Below, one piece after another: positions 10,516 through 23,404 of a stretch of 64,000 nt of DNA. The notes beneath the pieces were generated by a model, which was not told the origin of the DNA, ran no database searches, and worked only from the letters and a program-made list of their open reading frames with translations. This stretch comes from Bolinopsis microptera (lineage: Eukaryota): the NCBI RefSeq assembly GCF_026151205.1, contig NC_087073.1, positions 19,292,658 to 19,356,657 on the forward strand, read 5' to 3'. The translations under genes were made by a program, and so were the position numbers. Positions within the stretch are counted from its first letter, which is position 1. Every line of letters begins with the position of its first letter.

Positions 10516-10612
10516 TTGTAGGTTTACAACCTACCAGGACGCGCGCCGAGTTGGACTCGTCGACGGTCCTATATATATATGGAACAGATATTTTACGAGT
10601 ATCACCCGTTAA
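10516..10612 (+). mobile_element. Second copy (97 bp) of the micro-element, flanked by 8-bp TSD GTCAATTC
   Basis: GTCAATTC at 10508-10515 and 10613-10620. The element termini TTGTAGG...CCCGTTAA are identical to the copy at 2519-2627, with internal indel variation. Confidence 0.55.
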
Positions 10613-11390
10613 GTCAATTCATATAATATCAATCATCATAAGAAAAATTTTGCGCAGCGCGTCGAAGTCCTTCAAGTTATGGGCTAATATTTCTCCAATT
10701 CCTGTCATAAGAAGCAATTTTAATTCGTAGGGTGTTGACTCGACCTTAAAGTAATTTTTAAAAGGAAATAAAAATTTTAGTCGCGCCGTGCATATTTTCG
10801 CTGATCTAAACCGTAAAATCGAGCGCTACTGCAAAATGTGTCATATTATATTTCCCTTACGAATTTTTCAGTGTTACTGTTTCATGTAAGAACATCAGTT
10901 GCTTGTATGTTAGTGTAGTTCCATGGCTTAATTTTATTTGTTACTGTGTTTTTTCACCGATGTGGCGGTCCTGATCTTTATACTATGTTGATTGCCATTT
11001 ATCTTCATGGAATACTACCACGTGCGACATATATTTTCAATTTCACCTTGTTTATTTTTAATTTCTTGCTGCCAAATTGGTCTTCATGGATCCTGTAAGA
11101 TAAGATCTTTATTATCTTGTATATCTTTTTGTTAGTCTCATGAGTCTCATACATAGATTTCTTGTGGTCATCATCTATTTTTCATATGTTTTGTTATAAA
11201 ACCTGCTAACCTTTCTTGGATATCTTCTTGTTAAAGGTGTTTCTGCCTTATTTAGTCAGGATTTAACTTGCAGCTATAAACTTTCGTTTTTACTCCAGTC
11301 CAAGGCGAGATGCACGATCTCTACTGTCATTAGGTATCATTTACAGCTGAGTTTCCTATAAAACTTAAGGAGGCTCTCATTCGTCCAAGT

Positions 11391-12767
11391 TTGAAGAAAC
11401 GTGGCCTTGACGGTGAATTACTATCTAACTATAGGCCTATTAGCAATCTCTCATTCTTGTCAAAAATCATTGAGAAGTGTGTATCTATACAGCTCACCAG
11501 TTATCTTGAGGATAACAACTTGCTTTCTAAAGTTCAGTCCGGCTATAGGAAGTTTCATAGCTGTGAAACTGCAACAACCAGAATCCATAACGACATCTTG
11601 ATAACTATTGACAAGAAAACTAAAGTTGTTCTTTTACTTCTAGATTTGAGTGCTGCCTTTGATACTGTCAATCACCCAAGATTAATCAAGAAGCTAAGAT
11701 CTGCCTATGGCATTACAGGCATTGCTCTTACATGGATCAGGTCCTACTTGGCTAACCGTTCATTTTGTGTTAAAGTCAAGGATTCGTCTTCCTCATCAAC
11801 TGTTCTTGAGATAGGTGTGCCACAAGGTTCAATCCTTGGCCCCCTGCTATTCATATTGTACACCAAAGATCTTGAGAACATTGCAAGTATGCATGGGTGC
11901 TGTATTCATTTGTATGCTGATGACACCCAGCTGTATTTCACTCTTGATTCTGATGACCCATCACAGCTAGAGCACAATATGGAACACTGTATGTCTGATA
12001 TCAAGAAATGGATGACAAACAATTTCCTTCAACTGAATTCTTCTAAGACTGAAGTCATCGTTATATCCTCTAAATTTGACTCAAAAAATATTCCAGCCTC
12101 TCTACAGATTGTTAAGGATCAAGAGCCACATGTTGTTAGTGGAACTGTGAAGAGTCTTGGGCTGTATTTGGACAGTTATCTTTCAATGAGTGATCAGATT
12201 ACGTCAGTGGTTCAAGCATGTAATATTCAGATCAGAAATTTGTGGTTTATTGCATCAAAACTGTCTTTTAACCTTAAGATTCAGCTTGTTCATGCTCTAG
12301 TACTCTCTAGAATTGATTATTGCAATAGCGTATATTTTGGACTGAGCTCTTATGATTTAAGTCGTTTACAGAAGGTGCAAAATTCTGCTGTAAGATTTAT
12401 TTTCGGGAGAGGAAGAAAGGCACACACTACTCCACTACTTAAGAAAGTTCATTTTCTACCAGTTAGATTTAGAATAGATTTTAAGATTGCCCTACTTGCC
12501 TACAAGTGTTTAAATAATATAGCTCCTCCTTACTTAAAAGAGTTGATATCTCCTAGGCAGCAAAGTTTTAAAAATGTACGTCTTGATAATGATTATTTTT
12601 ACCTTAGTTTTCCGCCCTCTCCTAACTATGTAAACACAGAGAAAGCTTTTAGTCACTGTGCAGTTAAAGTATTTAATTCCCTGCCATACGACATAAGATC
12701 AGCTGAGTCAGTTACATCTTTCAAGACCAAACTTAAAACATACTTCTTTTCTCTAGCATTTGATTGA
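11391..12767 (+). mobile_element. Non-LTR retrotransposon (LINE) reverse-transcriptase fragment, 5' truncated
   Basis: 458-aa ORF with RT motifs LLLLDLSAAFDTVNH, GVPQGSILGPLLF and LYADDTQL (YADD). No endonuclease domain upstream. Confidence 0.85.
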
Positions 12768-13312
12768 TTTTGCATTTACATAGGTAAAATGAACTTGTCA
12801 TGTCTAATTTTCAATTAAACTAAGCTCAGTTAATGTAAGAGCCGCTTTAGAAAGCACTGGAGTTTATCTCCAGGATTAAATTATATCGAGTTATATGATT
12901 TAGCTATAAGGCGGTTTATAAAAGTTGTATTTATTATTATAAGGGTTAAATTTAAATTATTTAACCTTTTGGTGCTGTATCAAAATAACATTAATTTATT
13001 ATTATTATTATTATAACAAGCTGACAGAATCGTCTTCCGAGAAAGTTTGACTTAATTGCAATGAGTATAACACCTCATCTTGTAATTTTTAGTTCCCTAT
13101 TATCTATTTGTATTCTATCTATTCAATTTCAATGAGTCGAGTCCATATTGAAAAATAGATATTTGAGGTCAATCACTTTGGTAACCCTTTTAAACTTTTT
13201 CTTGGGTCGCAATATCCTTATTATACATATTTAATGGCACATGATACCCTTAAGTCATGACTATGTCTACCAAGCTTGGGCACCTACAATAGTGTGTTTA
13301 TCGAATTTGTTC

Positions 13313-14285
13313 TAGAAGCTCTTACAGGCATATTCTGCCCGATACGCGAGGGACTTCAGATACACCTTTCAATTCTAGACTTTTTTTTGACCGCAGAATC
13401 GATTTAAAGTCGTTTTGAAATGATAAGTCTGAGTTTCCTCGGGTAAAAATTCCTCGGGTAAAATCCGCATTTTTGGGCCAAAAATAGGCCATAAAACCAT
13501 GTTTTTTGAACTTTTGAGCAAGTTAATTTTGTTGGCACATCAGCAAAATTTGCATGAAGATAGCTGAAATACAGTCGCCGCGCAGATGATGGTATAAAAA
13601 CAAAACAAACCCCTTAATTTTTCCCCAGGTAAAAATCCAAAAAGGTGGTCAAAATGTGCCCTTTTCAAGCTTAAAGTTTGAATAATTTTCTGCAGTTGTA
13701 TTAAATCAACCCAAAAATAATTACATGGTGTTTGCCTAAATTTTTCCTTTCCGAGAAGTACCCACTTCATATACTTTATCGAAGTTTGAATATTGTCACC
13801 CCGTAAGCGTTTTTGCCAAATTTTAAGAGGGTTTATTATATATTTTAATTTATATATTTTAAATTGATATTTAATAAATGATTAAAAGAAGAAAAGTTTC
13901 CATACTGAAGCCTTTAGGTCCAAAAATATACCCATTATGCTCACTTAAAAACAACTCTAAATCAGTAGGCTGTCACTCTTTTAATTTTAGTAAAACAAAA
14001 TTTTGTATCGTGATGGAGACCGGTGTCCATACAAAACATTTACTAGGTTGCCGTTTGGTGTGAGCAATAGCGAACAGCACGCACACTCCTTTGCCCCGTC
14101 AACCTATATCTAATCTATTTAAAGAGTGACAACCATACTACACATTGAATTAGGATTCCTTTAAATATCAAATTGATTTAGTGTAAACTTGTTTACTCTG
14201 TAATAAATGGCATAAAATTGAAATTTTTGTTTAACTGAAATTTTTGTTTAGCTGATAGCAGAAAACACGTCTTTTTGCCCGTAAG
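13313..14285 (-). mobile_element. TIR DNA transposon copy B, inverted relative to copy A
   Basis: Ends TAGAAGCTCTTACAGGCA (13313-13330) and TGCCCGTAAGAGCCTCTA (14268-14285). The region 13440-13810 is homologous, as reverse complement, to 2440-2960. Confidence 0.45.
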
Positions 14286-15179
14286 AGCCTCTATAAGGGC
14301 TTTAAAACCGGTTTATTCAATACAATATAATATAAAAATAACCTGCAATAATATCGTAACATTCATGTCGATACTAACTGAAATAATATAATCTGTAGGT
14401 AAAATAATAATACTGTCACATAATTAAGATATATGATATAATTAAAAAAAATATCTCTTTTATTTCCAAACTAATTCTCACACCAAGTTTTAATTCACAC
14501 ACCAAACTTTAAATTTCATCAAAATACAAAAGTCCTAATATGTCTCTTATCTCAATGCAATATCTCTGATTCTCTAGTTAAAAAGTCAGGGGTGCAGCTG
14601 TTGTACTTCAATTAAAACAATTGATCACGCTGGATCATGATGCTATTTTACCAAAATCAGCTACCTGTTTAGAATTGATTGCTGAGCTCTGTGAAGACTG
14701 TGTGTAGTGAGTGTGTGTGTGTCTGTAGTGAGCGTTGGCCGGCTTTTTTATTCTTGTTGTTGTGCAGTAACATCGATATTACTCATTATAGAGGTGCACC
14801 TTTGACTGAATCTCAAGCTAAGTTGAGACTTGAGACATAGCCATCCTCTTCGATGAAAATATGTGCACAGTGTCTTTTCCACAGCCAATTTTGTAACATC
14901 GATTAGCATGTATTACCTGTCGATTTTTGATCCCTTAAGGGGTCCTTGAACACATATAATTACGTAATCACTTATTGGACAATTTTTAACCCCCCTCCAT
15001 AATCAGTCTTCACATAGCTATTGTGTCAAAATTACATTTGGAAACCCCTTATTTGGAAACCCCCTCAACTGATATGTGAACGACCCATAAACATCCTCAG
15101 AATGGCTTGGAGGGACTTAAATGCTTATTTTGTAGCCTCTGCAGTCACACAAATCTGCAATTTTTGAGGGTATAAAATA

Positions 15180-15420
15180 GGCGGGGTGCAGCACCTAACC
15201 CCGCCAATTTCCGTCTAACCCCGCACTTGCAGAATTCAGCGGGATTACGCGGGGATTGGCGGGGTTAGGTGTTGCACATAGCCCCGCCAATTTCCGTCTA
15301 ACCCCGCACTTGCGGGATTACGTGGAATTATGCGGGATTACGCGGGATTACGCGGGATTGGGAGGGGATTCTGGACTCCAGGTGGGGATTCTGGACTCCA
15401 GGTGCCCATGGGGCAGCAAT
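15180..15420. repeat. Compound minisatellite: 10-bp GCGGGATTAC about 5 units, 21-bp GGGGATTCTGGACTCCAGGTG 2 units, and a duplicated 60-bp unit
   Basis: Visible direct repeats gcgggattacgcgggattacgcgggatt and the doubled ccccgccaatttccgtctaaccccgcacttgc. Confidence 0.6.
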
Positions 15421-15907
15421 AACTATGTTTGGTCTAATTTTGTCTTGATTGGTGTACTCAACTCTTAGCTACTAGTCTCTTGAACGTGGTTAGAAAGTTT
15501 GATCAAAATTGAACGAAAATTTGAGTTGTGTGCAAAAAACTATATGACCACATTTGGGCATACGCACCAATTTTGATAGATTCAGCCCATAACTTTGCAT
15601 TTGTGAAGTGTCAATATTTTTGGATAAGACAAACTTAAAATATGAAATGTAGGCCAAATCTAACAAAAATTACGAAATGGCCCATTTCACAGTTCATGGT
15701 TTTTTGCAAAAGTGTCTTCACTGATAAGGATTAAGTAAATTTCAAAAATTTGGCAATCAAATTCTGAATTCTTCCCGGTAAACAGATATCCCTTTCCTGA
15801 TCCCTTTTCCTGTTTATTTGATATTTCCCAAGTCGTATTAGCTGCCCAGCCCTTAAACACCCACTCACTCTTAAACTTAAAATTTGAATTATTTTAAGCT
15901 GGTTGAT

Positions 15908-18900
15908 ATGGATGCTCCTACAAAAGACGAGATTGAGCAGGTTTTCAAGAAATTGAAGTATGTTCCTGGAAACAAGGTTAGAACCCACCCTTCATTTTAT
16001 AACACTTTAGATAACTTGCAGTTGCCCCATTTTGTCAACACCACTATCACTGACTGCCTGTCAGTTTGCTGAATAATACATATTCCAGGTTTGTTTTGAC
16101 TGCAACAAAGTAAATCCCACCTGGTCATCCGTGACATTTGGTGTACTGATCTGTCTAGACTGTTCGAGCAAGCACAGAAACCTTGGTGTTCATCTGTCCT
16201 TTGTGAGGAGCACTGATCTGGACAAATGGACTTGGGTTCAGCTACGTGCTATGCAGATTGGGGGAAATGCAAACGCTGTGAGTATTTTTAGCGAAAACTT
16301 TTAATTATTATCATTTATGTTATACAGGATACAATGGAACAAAATAAGGACTGATTTTACCTGAAAATGCCTTGTCACGTGACTGATGATAAGAATCAGG
16401 GGACATCAATACACCCACATCATTAGGGGACTAATCGTGCTAAACTAAATGGAATTTCGTTTAGCACTAAATAATTAATTGATCTCGATATTTGTTCAGA
16501 AAGCTTTCTTCGCTGCAAATGGACTCAGTTCAACAACCGACTCAGTCCAGAAATACAACAGGTACTCATTAACACTTAACAGCATTAATTGTATCCCAAT
16601 TTACCATACACTTGGGGAAAGGAAAACAGTACAGTGTTTTAATTATTGAGTCCCAGTGGGATCACAGTGCTGCTTTCCCATCAGGGGCTATGGTTAACAA
16701 GCACTCAAGTAAGGGGTAAATAGGGATAAGATGACAAGCCTGACAAGTTTATTTGACAGTGTTTAAAAGCCGTATTGTAAAATATCAAGTGATATCAAAC
16801 TAAAATAGAGACTTTTTTAAACTTTGGGGGAAAGATAATCGAGGTACAGTAAATTGGGGTTTAGACTTAGCCATAATGAAATGAGTTTTTCTCGCTTTAA
16901 TGCTTCGGTTTGTATTAGATTTTTAAATAAGATTCAAAAATTTCAGCCGAGCAGCTCGATTATACAGAAAGAAAATAGAAAATCAATCCCAAGAAACACA
17001 GCAACGATTTGGAAACCAGGTTCGTAATTGTGAGGTCATTATCGATCTATTCAGCTTCAGATAGGTAATCAATGAGGTTGAATATGTTATGAGTCAACCT
17101 TTGTAAACAACAAAATATATTTAATCACAGAACCTCAGATATAAATATGCTGACTTGTGCAAGTCTGAAATGGGCGTAATTCATTGTTTTTAGTTGTCAG
17201 TTCTTGGAAGACAACCGTATTCCTATTATCGGACAATTCGTTAGGATTAGGGAATTTTAAATGTCATTGGATTCATATTTCATTTGCCAGATTATTAAGT
17301 TATTATTTTTATTATTATAAAAGAGGATCATACCGACAAAAATGATTCTTAAAAATACCTTAATGCGGTAAACTGTACCCTTGAAACAGATTTTCCCAAC
17401 ATCTGTTGCATGCAGCTATATCTCCAATTTCGTTCAATTCATGCAAGTTGTCTATTTGCAAATTTCTACTACTTAAATCACTTCTTAAAACAGATAACAA
17501 GTTTATTCTAGGTCTCCCCAATCTTCCAATTAATAAATTATCTGATTCAATAGCAAAAGGGAGAGCCGTTTGGGCTGGGGTGTTCTATATACTCCTGAGA
17601 ATGTGTGCAAACATCTTCCACCGCTGGTGTTCGATACGCTTGGATAACTTTTCAACTTTGCACCTTTCATACAATGCTTTGTTGCTTTTCATACCTTTAG
17701 GCCATTTAATGTTTAAAATGGACCTGAGGTGTCTACGATGAAGTGTGTCCATTTTCTCCATGGTTGCTTTCTTAGGACTCCAACTATTTGAGTTATAAAT
17801 CAATACAGATACAACTTGAGCATCATATAACCTCAGCTTTCTTTCAAGGGAAATTTTCTTACCGGACAACCATACTTTTTCAAAGTTCTTAAAAGCAATC
17901 TCAGCTAGGATTCTCCTTCTTTGAATGTCCTTCTCAGTACACAGTAAGGAACCTAGTGACTTATTACTTCGCCATGGTTCGTTATTAGCTATTGGCTGAC
18001 CGTTTGTGTCTTAATCGGATTTTTAAAAGTTATCAACATAAGTTAACCACTGTATACAGAAATCATGATTAAACTAATTGCACGCAAGAATTACAGCAGT
18101 CACGCAGCATTACAACTTCGTGTCACTTATCCAATTCTGAAGCTGCTAGAAAATATAATATAGTAAACTAGAGTCATATGACATATTCCGTGCGGCTAAT
18201 AACCCAACAGTCAACACCCAATCGTTCAACTCGGAATCCATGTAAGACTTGTGCATAATGCTTTATTGAATTCTTGCGGTTATTTGCTCATATTCCTCTT
18301 ATTATTATTATTCTTTGATCTTAATCTACTCTCCCCTTAATTTACTCTGCTCAATAACTTTCAGCGTTATTCGTGGCGGTCACAATGTGATATTGACACT
18401 TTGTAGCGCGCGTGCATATTTAAGTAAGATGATCTGCGCTAAACACGCACGATTACATTATAACGCGCGATCTGGATATTAATAAGTTTCCCTTTCAAGT
18501 TTACTATATTACGTAACACACGGGATTGTGAAACCGCTAGCTGTAAATTGTATGTACCAATTAAATTAAATAACATACGATATGTTATTAACATTATGAT
18601 AATGGACAATTGAGATTATATGACCTAACTCTCAGTTACATTTGGACACAGCGCCAAAGAGTCCTGTGCCAGTCGAAGTTGATTTCTTTGAGGATTTGTT
18701 GACACCTAAGGCTATCCCAGGTAAATACCCACAAATTGTTTACAATGATTTATCAATGTCAATGATACTGGTTGAACCTCGTTTGAGCTGAAGTACGTAA
18801 AGTCATGTTAAAATAGTTTTCTTAGACCATAGCCATCACTTCACTTCTCAAATATGTTACTTATTTACCCTTGAATATTATGAACCTACTTTCATTTCAA

Positions 18901-21900
18901 CCTGCAGAACCAGAAGTCATAAAACAAACTAAAACAGAATTTTCGTATCTCTTATATGTTTTAAAAGAAATCCCCCTCCAGAAGTCATAGACCCTGCACC
19001 AATCGTGGAACCCACTAAACCGGACTCACTGCCTCAGTCAACATTCCAGCCTACTTTTCAATCTTCCTTCAAACCCGCTCCTCTGAAAAGTAAGAATAAC
19101 GTTTTATATGTTATTATTTGTCTAGTTTCACCAATCCCACTGATTTTTCGACTTCAATGATGTGTTAAAGTTGTAAGATGATAATTTCAGCGAACCAACA
19201 AACGTACGTACCATCGCTGACTCCAGCTACTGGCCTGTCTTCTGCTAGAAAGGGTGCCCCTAGAAAGAAAGGAGGGGTAAATTTTTTGACAATTTGTTTT
19301 GGGCGATACTCTCGCCCAAATTTGAAAGAATTTCTTTTAGCTTGTGTTTATGTATTCTACGAGTACAATTATTTGAAGATCTGAATAATTACAGCTTGGA
19401 GGAATGGGTGGAGCTAAGAAAACTTCAAGAAAAATCGGTGATATTGAGTCTTCTGTTGATTCACGAAGAGCTGCAGAAAATGACATACGGAATGATCAAG
19501 AAAACATAGATCGACAAACTGCTATGTAAGTACTAATTCATACACAATTTATGACAAACATTGCTGAAAAAATGTAACTATTGCTGCATATCCTGTCTGT
19601 ATTGTCTTATATATGTTATGAGCAATATCATTACTTGTTTCACTATTGAATGGTTCTTATCAGGGATATGCTATCACGTGATGTTGAACAAAAGGCCTCA
19701 CTCTCTACCAGTCGAGAAACAGCATCTGGTCCCAACAAAACATCCAGTGACAGACTTGGTACGTCTTCTTGTTTTAAGCTTTACTAATATATATTTTTCA
19801 GATCTTTATTTCAAAGAAGAAACTCTTAAAGAACGACAAAAAACTTTAACAATGCCGCACAGCAAGTCTTAAAAACTGAGAATTTTTGTTGCTAATATTG
19901 ATAAAAACTATGTTCAGGTATGGGAATGGGCAGACTTGGAGTTCGATCTAATATTTCCCACAATGTGTCAACTAACTCCAAGGTAAATTGAAATGAGGCG
20001 TTGAATGTTAGCACTATTCAGAAAATATATTATGTTTTGTAGATAATATGTGAATAACAATTGAAAGCGTTCCCCAGAATCACATTACTCCTTAGTTTAC
20101 CAACAGAATCTACCCAGGTAGTCGAGCAGGAAACGCCGAATGTGTACACCAAGCCATCTCCCTCGTCGTATGTTGATGATGTTGAGGACTATTACGACAC
20201 ACTCTCTGACTTTAGTTCAGTGCTCGGCCAGGGTGGGAACAAGGAGACTGATGACGCCAACATGGTCCAAGAGATCCTGGACCCAAAAACTGCTGCAATG
20301 AAACGGTCAGTGGACTGAGCAGGAAAACATTTTGATGGATTCCGTATTTAAGTTGCTTTTAGTAAAGCTAAAGCCCCATGGCGCTGTCATAGCTAAGTGA
20401 TTAGTATACAACTTTTCAGGCACGAGCAAAGAAAAGCAGCCCTCTCAAACGAAGGACGAGATTCTGGAGACAAGGCTCAAGATGGAAAGTACAAGAACGC
20501 CAAAGCAATCTCCTCAGACCAGTACTTTAACAGAGGCCATGCTGTGAGTAAAATTCAATTTAATACTAAAAACATAGAAACATACTAAAATTAATCAATT
20601 GACAGTAGTCACTATTAAACAGTCGAGAAATAACCTAAATTATAACGTATCGGTAGTAGATTCATCTTCACTTTTATTATCCTTAAATTGAATTTCAGGC
20701 TGAGCCAGAGCACGACCCACATGTTGATAACTTCCGGGGTGCTACCTCAATCTCATCTGATCAGTACTTTGGCAGACCCGCTCCAGCTGCATGTAAGTTA
20801 TTCCACATTAATTAATTAATAATATTTCTAGATGAACCAATGCAATTTCAATTGACCCACGGTTTTGGAACTGACAGTTGTATCTTCTACGGTGATTGTT
20901 ATTGGAAATGTCCCCACTTTTGCAGCTGGTGCATTCGGAGGATACAGTGCAGCCAACATGAACCTGAACTTTCAAACACCAGACATGACCAATGTTAAAG
21001 CAAATCTTAGTGAAGGAGCTACGCGAATTTCTGGCAAGGTAAGAACCACCCTGGTATTTTTTTTTGTTTTTGGGACGAACCTCCTTATTCGACGTGTTAA
21101 GTGATTACATACAATGTATAATGTATATTATTTTGAATTACTTCATTGAACTTTAAGTTTGCCTATTATCATGTTATCTGTTTTATACATCCTGTTCGAT
21201 AAGTTTATAAATAGTATTTCTTGAAACTTCTTCATGTTATTTGCGAGAGCATCTAGCTTTGATTTTATCTTTGGAATTAGCACTCATATCATGTCATAAT
21301 TTGGCATGTGAGATCGTTCACAAATTACGTCAGTCACTTTTTCAAGTCCATTTTTGATCCTCCTCCTCACCCGGACAAAAATCTGATGTAAAATGTGAAC
21401 AATCTCTTTATTTTAGAGCATTATCTTTATCTTTCATGAGTTCCCGAATCCTGTAACAAGATAAAATGCAGAGCACTGATAACAGTCTATCACTAGGTCG
21501 CCGCATATGGGCTCAATGTCTATTCTAAATTTAGCGCCATTAAGTCCAAGTAAAAGTGAGTCGCATGGCTCAAAAAGCTCTATCACACAGTGCGCACTGA
21601 AATAGTGATATCACACAGTGCGCACTGGAATAGTGATATCACACAGTGCGCACTGGAATAGTGATATCACACAGTGCGCACTGAAATAGTGATATCACAC
21701 AGTGCGCATTGAAATAGTGATATCACACAGTGCGCACTGGAATAGTGATAATTGGCTCTGCAATTAATTTTGTTTGGCTCCGCTATTTTTGCATGATGAA
21801 ATGTAAATGTATTGCGTACTAATGTCTTATATTTATGTTATCAAGGTAAGTTTTTATATATATTTGTTTATACCCGTTGCATGGCCAAGGGTATTTTGAA

Positions 21901-21998
21901 CTTTCTGAATTAATTTTAATATTTAATTAAAAAACAAATATTTTCAGTTGACAGACATGTACTACGCGGCGCAAGACAAGTTGGAATCGTATAGATGA
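15908..21998 (+). CDS. ADP-ribosylation factor GTPase-activating protein 2/3-like gene, multi-exon
   Basis: Coding exons with GT/AG boundaries: 15908-15976, 16089-16277, 16500-16561, 16947-17019, then a gap with at least one unlocated exon, 18652-18720, 18982-19089, 19191-19276, 19395-19525, 19664-19758, 20107-20305, 20420-20543, 20699-20792, 20926-21038, 21948-21998. Exons 1-2 encode [70 protein letters not shown], the ArfGAP zinc finger CxxC-16-CxxC with the conserved arginine. Later exons carry the GLGAKK motif and two ISSDQYF(G/N)R motifs typical of ArfGAP2/3 C-termini. AATAAA at about 22185. Confidence 0.8.
17585..17869 (-). mobile_element. LINE ORF2 C-terminal fragment inside an ArfGAP intron
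   Basis: The 94-aa ORF (...[70 protein letters not shown]) matches the post-RT tail seen in the intact RT at 42657-44747 (...LTYGSEIWNTT...FHQYCLRRILRVRWFHRVRNEDVL). Confidence 0.6.
21577..21755. repeat. 28-bp minisatellite, about 6 units, in an ArfGAP intron
   Basis: Unit ATCACACAGTGCGCACTG(A/G)AATAGTGAT, which is internally palindromic at its ends (ATCAC...GTGAT). Confidence 0.85.
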
Positions 21999-23397
21999 TC
22001 TTCTAGTTAACATATTAGTTGGGATGACTTGATTACGGTGTAGTCGATATTATACCGGGAAAAACGTACATCTTGTTGAGTTTAAATTGTACATGGTTCA
22101 GTAAGTCGCAGCTCGATCACGATATGTAAGAAATTTGGGTTCTAAAGATTGACAATTTTATTCAGACATTTTATCGAGTTCTCAATAAATAACTAGATAC
22201 ATAAATACTGAGGTGACCCGATCAGGTTCTGTGCACAATATAGATCAATTAAATCATAGTTCATTGAAGTCCGAAGGGATTCAAATTATCAGCTTTTGGT
22301 ACCGGAAAATTTCTTTTTGTTCTTTATTTTAGTTCAAATGAGTAGCTCGTTTTGCTGACCCAAATTAAGTTAATTCAAATCAAAATACCGCTTGTACTTT
22401 GTAACAAATTGTTTAATTAATTCCAAATTAAGATTCCTTATTAGATTGACTTGAGATTAATATTATGAGAATTGTTGATCTTCAAAAAATGATTTAAATC
22501 ATTGTGGAGTGGTTTGTGGCTGGATGGGCTTTAGTTAGATTATTAGTTGTATTAATAGATCTTACAGTACTGCAAGGGATCGTTCACATATCACATGGTT
22601 ATAATTGATAGCTATGTGTAAACTTGCTGACCGACCGGGTTGGAATCTAAAATATTTAAACTAGATAATATGTGAACGGTCACTCAGTAAGCAAATTTGA
22701 GCCGCGTTTTAAGAGTATTTATCAGCCAGTCCAAATGTATTGAAATGTATATTGTAGATTGTAGGTGTGTTGCAATGGATATTTGGCAATGTTCAATTAT
22801 TGTTAATGATTACTGGAGATATAACGATATAAATTACGTTCACACAACATTAACGGCAAGTTTTAATTTGTTGATTTGTTAACTAAAATGAGTTGTCTCC
22901 GTGATCCATGTTTTATTGACACGTGATGTCGGTATACAATCAGTTTCCAGTAGCAACCAGTCCAAAGACTACCAGTGGTCAGGAGTGTACAAAATTGTGG
23001 ATCACCTCCCTAGCCCTGGTAATGTATGATCTATTGTGAATAACATCCAAAGAAAACAGTTATATCAAACAAACTTATAATGCATAAATTGATGAACTGT
23101 TACATTTCACTAAAACAAACTAAAGATTCACTAAATTGAAATTTGCAAATAATATTGTTGTAAGTTTTACAGGTTACAAAAGTCTCAATCTTCTGACAAA
23201 TGAATGTTATAGAAATTTACAGTCAAAACTATTTCAATAGTGCTACAAACAATATATATGCTAATCACTGAAATTAAAGAGTAAAACCGCTTTAATGATA
23301 AAACCTGAAACCATTAAAGCTCAAGGTCATCCGAACATAAATTATTTGTTAATCAAATCAAACTAAAACGAATACAATACTATTCACATGTGTCCAC

Positions 23398-23403
23398 TTT
23401 TTA
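23398..23403 (-). promoter_or_regulatory. Poly(A) signal AATAAA for MVP
   Basis: The minus strand reads gagTAAATAAaaa directly after the stop codon. Confidence 0.5.
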
Positions 23404-23404
23404 T

